Positions 12,906 through 23,452 of a stretch of DNA of 64,000 nt are shown here, piece by piece. The notes below the pieces were generated by a model. The model was not told the DNA's origin. It did no database searches and saw only the letters and a list, made by a program, of their open reading frames with translations. The position numbers and the translations under genes are program-made. Positions within the stretch are counted from its first letter, which is position 1. Each line of letters begins with the position of its first letter. This DNA comes from Zootoca vivipara. Lineage: Eukaryota. The stretch lies in contig NC_083284.1 in NCBI RefSeq assembly GCF_963506605.1, positions 40,300,001 through 40,364,000 on the forward strand, read 5' to 3'.

Positions 12906-13683
12906 CTTTGGGCTGAAGCAAATCTACACAGATAAATGTTCAGGAAGGTGGTTGATCCAGCAACAATAGACTCCATGCAGAGCAAGAGGCCGGGCACTAG
13001 GTGCCACTCCCCTTTAATGGAGAGAAGTGGTTCTGGTTCCTGATTGGCAGCCGGTTTTGCAGCAGGAACCACGTGGCCAGAAGGGAAGCCTGTGCGCCCA
13101 CCTCTGGCTGTGCACAGGGACCCCCATTTTTGGCCTGATGAACACCATGCTGGGCAGCAAATGGCAGTCACCCCCTAAATTGGTGCTAAGTTTAATGCTA
13201 GAGTGCACAGGTGATAAAGGGCTGCTATTCCAATGCAAAGAGCTGTATTTCTGTCTCTGGGTTTGTGTGTATGTCGGTGGTGGTACAAATCAAAAAGAGG
13301 CCTCCTTCAAACAGAGGACTGTCCTCTGTTTGGACACATGGCCACCCTAAGCTTTGACCTCATGGCATTACAATTGCTCCGTCAGTTGTCTGGGATGGAT
13401 CACAGAGTGACATGCAGCAGGCAGCCTGTGAGTCTCTTAGGTTTTCACGATGGTTTTTAAATGGTGGGATGGAACCACAGCATCACCCTTCTGACGCAGG
13501 TATTGCTGCCGCTTATCTAGATGGGGGCAGGATAGTGGTGAGATTGGAACCAATCTGACACTCACACCTATGTGCTTCTTCAGCTTCACCTCACTACTGC
13601 CCTGACCCAGCACTGCTGAGGTGAGTTGTGGAGACACAGGCTTGAGGAGGGCGGCTCCATGACTCCAGCCCAGTACAAGGGCT

Positions 13684-14072
13684 TAGAGATGGGTGAATCT
13701 GTCCATTTTAGTTTGTCTCCATTTCTGATCTCTCAAGCCTTAAGTTCATTTCTTCACATTTCCACATCAGCTTGCATTTTTCTTTTTTATGAAAATTCAT
13801 CAACATTTCAGTGTGAATTTCTCCTAATATACACATTTTTGACAAACAATTTGCCGTAATGTAATCCATTTGTGTATGTAATTTTCACAAATATATACAT
13901 TTTAATGCCCTGGTATATACCTTTTTGTATGCATCACTTGGTGGGAGAATTGCATTGCAAAATTCAAAGAAGTGTGAATTTTGAAGGTGGGTTCTCATAT
14001 TGTTTCAGAAAGTGGAAATGAGGTAGGTTCACCTTTAAATGTGAACTGAATCTAATTTCTCTCCCATCCCTA
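13684..14072 (+). mobile_element. AT-rich hAT-like element, copy 2 (uninterrupted)
   Basis: TAGAGATGGG...CCCATCCCTA termini; homologous interior to copies 1, 3 and 4. Confidence 0.7.
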
Positions 14073-15429
14073 GTTCCTAATCAATTTTATTTTATTACAA
14101 AACTGGCAAAGTTCATGTTTTTACAGCAAAGCAATATCTTCCCACAGCCCCCATCACGTGACCAAAGATTTGCACAGGATGATCTGGGCAACCAAAGCTA
14201 GCAAAAAGGATTCTAAACGGAATACATTTGAACATAGCTTACCCATGCAGTAAATGAAGAATAAAAGGCATTCAATAATCAGGCCGCCGTGATTACAGTG
14301 GGTACAGTGAGAAGGGTTCTGCCTACCCGAGTCTGTACAGCCATTTACAGAGTCTGTAAAAAGATTTGGTCTTAGTTTGGGTTTTGGGTTTTTTTTGTTT
14401 TGCTGCTGCTGCTTTTTGCAGAGAGTTCTTGAAAACCCCATTTCAAGGCAGCTTGGATTCTGTGCTGTTTTGTCTGAAATGAGAGAGAGAGAGCGTGCAA
14501 TGAAGAAGCAACAACTCACAAGCCACAGCAATTTAAGGGTTATTTGTTAAAACATTGTAATGAGAACGAAACCATATCTGCTTCCTTCAGTCTTCTGCTT
14601 GCAAGATTGTGGTACACATGGCATACAGTACTTTGCACTTTATGGCTACTTTGCTTTATTATGGAAGAGAAATGTCAAACATCTTTATCTAATTGATTAT
14701 GTTGTACATTCTCCAGGTTTTACTGATGACTGCCCCTTTATCATGTTATTTAGCCAAAGAAAAGGAAAGGTGGGGGGGGGGGAGATACTGTCTGTACCTC
14801 TAGTCTTCTTATTAGTTTCGTAATGTCATGTTACTTGTTAGTAGAATTACCATAGGCTGTATCCAGATGTTTTTGTAACCAAAGCATTGAGAAGGTAATG
14901 ATCCCACTCTGCAGCCTTCATGTTCCTCCTAATTAATTTGAATCATTTCCCATGGTAAACATCAGCTTTTATTTTACTGGCAGGCTGGGTTTAGAGTAAC
15001 TTAATACCATGGGCATGTGCCCAGTTTTCTATTCCGTTTGGCCATATGGCCAAATTCTGCACTTGATTGCACTGCCATTATTATCAAGAAAAAAAATCTT
15101 AATTATGGGAAAAAAAGATAGAGCACTGCAGCAGACTTTATGGTAGCTTAAGTATTTAGAAAATGGGCACAGCTACAACAGATCGAATTAATTTAAATGG
15201 AAGCTTAGCTTTGTTTAAACTAAATGCTGGACCCTAGGCCAAAAACTCAGAGCCTATGCTGTTTTGCCTTTTCCCTGAAATGATAGTACGGCAGCATGGG
15301 ATAAAATCCAGTTACAAAATGCCCTAATTAGGGAAGAGCAGAGGCTGGGGAACACTTCAGAGGTGCTGGAAGAAGATACTTGGCTGTACTACTCATAATG
15401 TGGATGCCTGGTTGTATTTTAAATACAAC

Positions 15430-15630
15430 AGCTACTAGCCCCGATGGCTATGCTTTTCCTCCACTGTTGGAGACAGTATGCAGCTGAAAGCCATTTGCTG
15501 GAAACCACAGGAGGCGAGAATGTCCTGCTTGCAGGCTTCCCATAAGCATCTGGTTGGTCAGTGTGAGAACAGAATGTTGGACTAGAAGGATCTTTGGCGT
15601 GATCCAGTAGGGTTTTTTTATTTTCTTATG
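15430..15630 (+). mobile_element. CR1 LINE 3' UTR fragment
   Basis: GCATCTGGTTGGTCAGTGTGAGAACAGAATGTTGGACTAGAAGGATCTTTGGCGTGATCCAG, matching 63635-63850. Confidence 0.65.
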
Positions 15631-17121
15631 ATGGCTGTGAGTTCGCTGTAGCAACTTCTATTGAAAAATATATGGAACAAGTGAATTGTAAATCAGATCC
15701 TGTTGTTTTCAGTGGCACTTAACAGACTTAACATGTCTACTCAGACAGAAGTCCTACTGGGGTTTACCACCAGGTCAGTGAGATTAGGAGTGCAATTTAG
15801 TTATGATAACCTCTAGCTGGAATCGGATGTAACTCATTTATGTAGTGAGATGCTTCTTTTCTCAGTTCACAGAGGCAACATCTTCACTACATTATCAAGA
15901 GAGTTCAATAAGAAAGAGCAATGCAATGGAAAACAGGAAATGTGGGTGAAAGTTCTACCCAGGTATATACCAATACCTGCATGGCAACATTCAGTTTTTT
16001 GAGGTGCAGGTAGCCTGGGCTCAAATAATAGCAGCCATAGTTTTCCTATAAAGGGACTCACAGTCTGTCCTCATAACCTTGATTTAAAGGAATTTAGGTT
16101 GGAACCATTCTTTATTAGATTCTTGTAGGATAACAAAGAAAGGAGTTTAAGGGGGAAATACAATAAATAATATAATATCAGAACATTGATTAGCTTGATC
16201 CCAAGCTATAAGCCTTTTTGCATTCATGATGCCTACAAAATGAATATACTGAACAAGCATGCTTCTATTTCACCTTTTCTTTTATCAATTTCATGCAAGA
16301 AAGCAAGTTGAATTTCCAGCATGATCACCTAGTCTTGTTGTAAAGACAAAACCAGAAAGGAGATCTGACTCAGTCTAATAAGGCACATCCCTGCCAAATT
16401 TGGTAAAGAAATCATCCAGTTTCACACACCTAATATATTGGCTCCATGCCTGGGGGTTTGGGTGTTCAAGAGGCCACTCATTTAGCCCATGCAAAACTCA
16501 TATTTGAATTGCATAAAGGAAAATGTTCCTGTCTGTTGTTACTCCTAATTTTCAGGGGCTCCAGGTCTCCATCCCCATTGTTGATGCTCATGAAAGGGGC
16601 AGGTAGAGAACAGAAATTCTGAGAAGGAATATATAAATTTCAATATATCCAGATATTTATTACTTGATTTTTCTCAGTAACCTGAATAATCTTGAACACA
16701 CAAATATATGTAATTATGTATTAATATTGATGCATTGTGATGTCTGGAGGTTCTATGGAGAACTCGGGGTAGTTTCCTAGCTTCGGTCATGATGGGTGTT
16801 TTGCTTTTTAAAAACTTCCTTTCTAAATCCTATTTATATTTTAACTTATCATCCTGATCTCAAGTACCGTAAATTCATTTTAAAAGTGCAATTAGATTAG
16901 TTGGTTTATGTTCATGCAATTGTGGAGTTGGCTTCTTGTCCTTTATCTTAGGAAGCAAAATGCTTTGGGCTAGCCCTGCAAACCTGCTGGAAATGTTGGT
17001 CCATATTCTAGGTAATCTGAAAAATGAAGTATTTTTTAAATCTGGTAACTGCCCATTCAGTAAAAATAAAACCCAAGAAACCCAACTTTCCCTTAGTTAA
17101 GCAAAGTGCTTCTGAGTTATT

Positions 17122-17220
17122 TACAGTCAAATCCTATACATGTCTTCTAAAAAAATAAGTCACATTGAGTTCAGCGAGGTTTACTCCCAGGAAACTGGGT
17201 GGGTATAGGATTGAAACCTT
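17122..17220. mobile_element. Short (~90 bp) palindromic MITE-like repeat; decayed relatives near 1780, 15730, 19868, 28900, 36965 and 50615
   Basis: AATCCTATAC...GTATAGGATT inverted ends with GTAAGTCCCATTGA-type core. Confidence 0.5.
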
Positions 17221-17990
17221 AGAAAATTATACGTTCAACACGGGAGCCTTCAAAGGCCTCCCACCATGGAACAGATGAATAAGTAGTATAATCTTGTAAA
17301 GTGATTGGCTCTGTGACAGAAATGGAAGCAATGGTTCTGGCAAAATGCAATTCATAAAAATTAAACTCTTGAATGTCAAAGTTTGAAATTATGATGAAGT
17401 TGGACTGGGTCTTAATTTGGGGAAAATACATTGGCACAAAAAGGGGGCACATTAACAGATGGCCAAAGCCAGTAATAAAACACAGCGTGTATCAGTCCAA
17501 GAGGGAGCTAAACAATTTTACTGAAACCAGTGAAAGCCAAAAAAGAGTGCCAATGAAGGGATTTATGAAGATTAGAAGCAGATTGATTTGCGGTTTCCTT
17601 GTGTTGTAATCACAGTGTCTTCTTAAGCTATTGCTCCATTATTAAGCAGAGGATATAAACTCATGTTGGCCTCCAAGAAGGGAAAAGTTGAGCACAATTA
17701 AGCCCATTTGAAATCAGTGGGTTGGACCTTTTCAGCTTAGCCATGCTTCAAATAGACCCTCTGAAATCAACGGGACTTAAATCAATTCAAGCATATCTAA
17801 ATCTAGATTCAACCCAGTGGGTTTTCTGTTGACATCCTGTTTCTGTCTTGCGGACTTTCTGTCACCTTCTCTTTTGAATTGACAACAATTTATCACCATC
17901 CAAACTCCCACCATACTCTCTATATTTTCATACTGTGAAGAGCATCACACTTTTGTTCTCATTTTGAAGCTACTGCATTTCCCCCTACAG

Positions 17991-18126
17991 CAGGCATGGC
18001 CAAACTTGGCCCTCCAGCTGTTTTGGGACTACAACTCCCATCATCCATAGCTAACAGGACCAGTGGTCAGGGATGATGGGAATTGTAGTCCCAAAACAGA
18101 TGGAGGGCCAAGTTTGGCCATGCCTT
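17991..18126. mobile_element. Palindromic hAT MITE (GGACTACAACTCCCA family)
   Basis: Perfect 8-bp TSD CCCTACAG (17983-17990 / 18127-18134); near-perfect fold-back. Confidence 0.9.
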
Positions 18127-18550
18127 CCCTACAGCTTATTCAAAGGTTTTGAACCTTTATTATTATTTCCCTCTCAGATATTTTCATATAGTGTATCAAA
18201 AGTAGGAACTGCAAGAAAATGTAGCCTAGCTTGTTCTGGCTGGCTAGTCATTCCATTTCCCACTAGTTTTTCTTTTTCAGCTGATACTCAAAACTCTATG
18301 TCAGCTAAGAGTTCCCCATAAGGTTTTGTTTTGTGAGAGCTTTTTAAATACTTCTATAAATCTTAAAGTTCCTTTGTGCATGCTGATGCCTTCCTCTTGT
18401 TTCCCAGTGTCATTCTTTTGCCCCCATTTCTCCCACTCATCATCTGAGTTCACTATTAGTACTTTCTTCTCTGAAGACACTTCCTACAGTGCCTGTGGAT
18501 GCTGTGTGTATGCAATCCCATGAAGTCACAGCTCCTGGAAAAAAAAAAAA

Positions 18551-18581
<31 letters not shown>

Positions 18582-18712
18582 TATTATTTATACCCCGCCC
18601 ATCTGGTTGGGTTTCCCCAGCCACTCTGGGTGGCTGCCAACAGAATATTAAAATACAATAATCTATTAAACATTAAAACCTTCCCTAAACAGGGCTGCCT
18701 TCAGTTGTCTTC
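18551..18712 (-). mobile_element. L2-type 3' end with (AAT)n tail
   Basis: (AAT)n, then CCCCGCCCATCTGGTTGGGTTTCCCCAGCCACTCTGGG...CTTCCCTAAACAGGGCTGCCTTCAG. Confidence 0.75.
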
Positions 18713-18772
18713 AGAGCCAGTGTGGTGTAGTGCTTAAGAGCTGTAGACTCATAATCTGGGGAACATTGTGTC
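18713..18772 (+). mobile_element. tRNA-derived SINE head (Squam3-like), truncated
   Basis: AGAGCCAGTGTGGTGTAGTGCTTAAGAGCTGTAGACTCATAATCTGGGGAAC with Pol III A-box. Confidence 0.6.
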
Positions 18773-20036
18773 TACTGCGTCCAGTTCATGAAGCCACATA
18801 AAAGTAAAGACTTGTGTATGTTACAACACTGAGTTTCCATATAGTTGTTTCTCAGGCAGATCTGGTTATTGTAAATTGTGTGGCATATTTGGCTGTGGAT
18901 CATAATTTTATCGTGTTCGTAGTCTTGACAAAATAATAGGATAAGTTTCTTTTTGTTTTCTTCAGATTGGAAAAAAGCACTACATTTTATACTCACAATG
19001 AAACTAATTCCTTGCAGGTTCCAATTACAGTTGCTTTGATTGCAATCAATGAGATTAGTTACCATAGTTACAACAACTGGCTGTATGGCCTTGTGAGGTC
19101 AAGGCAGCAGTAGAGAAGGTTGATATGATTAGCATCTTACAAAGGTATCAGACTCATTCTCTAACAGAAAAATCTCTGAGGAAGAATTACTCTCTTTGCT
19201 TGCTTTTCTTCTTGTGGAAGCTGGATTTTAAAATTTTAAGGCTGCTCTCTCCCCAAATGAAGTATGTTTTGTTTTGTTTGTTTTGTTTACAAGGTAGAAA
19301 TTCAGGAGGAATATTAGTGTGTACTTTTTTTTCCATTTCTTTTTGGATAAAATCAGGGTTGCTTGGTTTCCATTTCCCAGGGCTGTTTTCATGGTAACTA
19401 AATAAATGTGTTGCTCTTGGATGTTGAGAATCTACGTTCTAATAATAGCTTGGCTCTGGGGATGGTTTTGACCAAAATACTGGACACACCATGTCACCTT
19501 CGCACCAGATGTAATAAGAAAATTCAGGTCAACCTTACAGGGCTGTTGTGTAGATAACAGACATATGACCAACATGGCAAGCTCAAAAGTAAGCTTTATC
19601 AAGGTCAAAGGGGCTTACCCCCAGGCAAGTCAATATAAGATTGCAGCCCAAGGCCACCTAGGCAGGAAATAAATCCCATGGAAGCCAGTGGGACTTAGTT
19701 TTGAGTAAATATATATAGATGGTTTCACAGGGACAGTTTCTACCATCAAGTATGAAGGATATATCAGGAAGAAAGAAATGTCCATGTGGCTTTTATGAGT
19801 TACATTGAACCAAAATGGCTGTCATATAACCAAAAGCAATCTCTAATAAGAGACGTTCAAGGTCTTCTACAGTGCAATGCTATGCATGTCTACTCAGAAG
19901 CTAGCCCTATTGAGTTTGAAGGGGCTGCTTACTAGATAAGGGGGAGTCTTAATGTGATCCATAGATTGCTTAGGATCCTTTGGCCATTTGGGTTCTAATG
20001 ATTACACTGGGGGGGGGTTACCTCTATTCTCTAGAT

Positions 20037-21512
20037 CACGGGTGTCAAACTCAAATTCATCGGGGGCCGCATCAGCAGTTTGGTCACCTTCAAAGGGCCG
20101 ATTGTGTCTGTAGGACTATGTGTCCACTCTTTATTATCATAAGTTATTGTCACTGCATTCAATTATTACTGTTTTTTGTAATAATGTAAGCTCATTCCCG
20201 CCCCCACGCGGATCACATTCCTGCGTCGTGGCGCATGTGTGGGAGGGGATGTAAACGAGGGAAATTTGAACAAAAGGTGGGGATTGACGGCTTCTGGGGA
20301 GGGGGGCTCAACTAAACCTTCGGCAGGAAGGAGAAAGCCACTGCTGGGATTAAAAACCTGCAGATGGAAAGAAGGCTTCCCTCTCCCGCCCTGCGCACAC
20401 CCAAACCCCGCTAGGCAGGATGCCACACGCTGCAACCCACCCCATGCTTTGGAGAGGGGCAGGAACATGCGGTGCAGCGCCAACTCCCTGCTTTGCTTTT
20501 TCATCCTCCCTCCTCAGCGCCAGAGTCCCTTCCCCTCGCGCTGAGGGAGGGCAGCAGATTTCCCAAGGAGGAAGGCGGCAGCAGCCCCAGCGGACGTGCA
20601 TCTTCGCCTCAGAGCTGCTCTTCCCCCCACCCGCGCTGTTGTCGTCTTCGCCGCCGCCTCTCCCTACCGGGACTGCAGGCAGAGGAGGCTTGAAAACCTC
20701 ACCCCCCAAAAAATATTCCCCTCCCACCTACTCAAACCGCGAGGCGACTCCATCTGGAGCCCTACATCACGAGGGGCTGAGAGGAGGCGGCGGCAGAGCG
20801 GGAAGAGCAGGAACCCATGCCATCGTCGCCGCCTCCCTCCCGGCCGCCCCCCGGGGAGCAGCTCCGCCGGAACTGAGAAGCCAAAGGGCGGCTCGGGGGT
20901 GGGGGGCAGAGCAAAAGCCAGGCACCCTCCCGAGGGTCTATGAGGAGAAAACGGGGGAAGAGGGAAGAGAAACCCGGCTCCATCAAGAGAGCGACTGTTG
21001 CGCTTCGCCTACTTCCCCCTCAGGCTCACTCCGCGTCCCTTTCGCCCGCCCGCTCGCCCACCTCCCGGATGCAGCCGAGGAGAGGAAGGGAAGCGGCGGG
21101 CGGCGGCTCCCCAGTGCCGCCTCACTCGCTCTTGGAGACAACAACAAAGCCCGCCAAAAAAAAAATCCAGCGCTGCTCCGTCCTGGCACCAACTTTGCCG
21201 GCGGCGCCTGTAGGGCTTTCCTACCTCCTCGGCGGGCTTCCTCCTCCTCCTCCTGCATCTCACTTCCCCGTCTGGCCGCTGTGCCACCGCCTCCCTCAGC
21301 CTCATTCGAAATTGAAATTCCCTGGCCAAGGCCGTCAGCACGGCTCCAGCGCCCCGGCCTCCGCCTGCAGCCCCGCCCCCGGTTTTGACCCTCGGCCAAT
21401 CGCAGGCTCCAGAACTACTGTCAGTGGTTACTGTCGGTGGCGGCTATGCGGGCCACATGACGAGGTCTGGCGGGCCGGATTAGGCCCCCGGGCCTTGTGT
21501 TTGACACCCATG
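20037..21512. mobile_element. Non-autonomous Charlie-type hAT transposon carrying a captured CpG island (Pack-hAT)
   Basis: Perfect TSD CTCTAGAT (20029-20036 / 21513-21520); TIRs CACGGGTGTCAAAC / GTTTGACACCCATG; subterminal GGGCC motifs; no transposase; interior very GC- and CpG-rich. Confidence 0.88.
20190..21420 (-). promoter_or_regulatory. Captured CpG-island promoter / 5' UTR-exon-like segment of an unidentified gene
   Basis: CCAAT 21396-21400, GC box CCCCGCCCCC 21371-21380, CHR-like TTCGAA 21305-21310, minus-strand donor candidates GAG|GTGGGC (21062) and TAG|GTGGGA (20728), acceptor TTCTTTCCATCTGCAG|G (20357). Confidence 0.55.
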
Positions 21513-22656
21513 CTCTAGATTCATGTCTATGAGTAAAATTGGGATTCTGAGTGGTTAGGGTCAATGCACATGCAATGTTCAAAACAGGGAAGCCATCAAA
21601 AGTGATTCAGGCCTGTCCTAAAATGTGGAACATTGCACACACCCCTATCCTCATGTCAGCAGGAACAGGACTCATGTGTACCAAAGGACACACAACTTGA
21701 TGATGGCAATCTGTGTAGTCAATGGCTCTAAACATTGTGGTCTGGACATAGGTCACTATCCAGAAGGAATTGGGGTCATTGGCACTCACCAGTCATTAGT
21801 GACTGTGAATGTGAAACTGGAAGATATTAGATATGTCTGATCCATTAATGTGGAACACAAGGATGTAGGTGAACCCTAAAATAAGAGTGTCTATTCTGAC
21901 GGCCTCTAGGTAGCAGTACCTCCTAGAGATGGGGGATTGATAGATGCCTTCAGCCCTCATTATCTAAAACTCTAATCACCCATAACTCGAAGCCAAATTC
22001 ACAAATGTGAATCTCATGTAGCAATACACAATGTAACCTTGAGTAAATAAAAACCTCCATTCCTGATAAACCAAATGTTTTGGTTCTCCTCCAGACCACT
22101 TGGACGGATCAAACTGGTAATATTTGTTTCTAGGAAACAAAGGCAGAGGTGGTAAATTACTTCTGACCCTCTGGGGTTTAGAGTGCTATATTGTGGAGAT
22201 CAATCTGTCTCTGGTAACAAACCTAACTTCAAATAAAAGCACACATACTTAGCTCACCATGGAATTCTATCTTGGAACCAAATGCCATGAATCTTCATGG
22301 GAAGATCATAGGACAAAAATGTGGGGAGGGGGGGGATGATCCGTAGGTTTTCATCTGAATGAATGAGGGCTGTGCAAGCTGAAAGCCTTCATAGGAAAAT
22401 GTCCTACTGGATTGTGCTTTGTACTTTCCACACAATCATTTCCAGCCCAATTGGGGGGGGGGAAATATCACCAGAATACACACACACACACACAATGAAT
22501 TGTATCCCTTTGGCCATACATGCCAGAATACAATTCTTGCTTTCCAAATGCCTCCTATTAACACTGAAGCAAAGCATGAACATATTATGGAACAACATCG
22601 GCCGAACATCACAATTCATGCATTTTCTATCCAAGACAAATCAGAAGTATCAGAAA

Positions 22657-23452
22657 TAGGGATGGGCAAATATATGATTTTGGGTTTAAGCTTTTCCCTT
22701 TTCAGTCCTTAAGTTCCGTTTTTCACATTGCACATCAGTTGGTGAGTTATTTATTTTCAAAGACCTCATGAGAATTCACCAGGATTTTGTGTGAATAAAC
22801 ACAATTTTAATTGCAGCTGTGCCTAATATACACATTTTTGCAATTTCCCCTAATATCAAACATTCTAAACGCTTCCCCCCCCCAAATACATGCATTTTCA
22901 TTCTTACTTCACCCTGATATTTGCATTATAGTACACGTTACTCTGGGACGCAGGTGGCGCTGTGGGTTAAACCACAGAGCCTAGGGCTTGCCGATCAGAA
23001 GGTCAGCGGTTCGAATCCCTGCGATGGGGTGAGCTCCCATTGCTCAGTCCCTGCTCCTGCCAACCTAGCAGTTTGAAAGCACCTCAAAGTGCAAGTAGAT
23101 AAATAGGTACCGCTCCAAGCAGGAAGGTAAACGGCGTTTCCGTGTGCTGTTCTGGTTTGCCAGAAGTGGCTTTGTCATGCTGGCCACATGACCTGAAAGC
23201 TGTACATCAGCTCTCTCGGCCAATAATGCGAGATGAGCGCCGCAACCCCAGAGTCGGTCACGACTGGACCTAATGGTCAGGGGTCCTTTTACCTTTACAC
23301 GTTACTCAATTGGAGAACTGCATTGCAAAATTTAGAAAAGTGTGAATTTTGAATGATGGCCATGTTTTTGTTTGTTTGTTGTTTTGGAAAGTGCAAATTA
23401 GGTAATTTTGGCTTCTAAAGGTGAGCGGAATCAAATTTCCGCTCCGTTCCCA
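22657..23452 (+). mobile_element. AT-rich hAT-like element, copy 3, with nested Sauria SINE
   Basis: TAGGGATGGG start; degenerate 8-bp TSD ATCAGAAA / ATCACAAG. Confidence 0.7.
22945..23295 (+). mobile_element. Full-length Sauria SINE
   Basis: GGGACGCAGGTGGCGCTGTGGGTTAAACC (A box), GGTTCGAATCCC (B box), (ACCTTT) tail; 12-bp TSD TACACGTTACTC (22932-22943 / 23296-23307). Confidence 0.95.

Noticed and set aside
20420-21388. 322-aa ORF and overlapping ORFs on both strands
   Set aside because: Low-complexity G/A/R/P/S translation expected from very GC-rich DNA; no recognisable domain and no transposase motifs.
22945-23030. tRNA-like A/B boxes
   Set aside because: Head of a Sauria SINE, not a tRNA gene.
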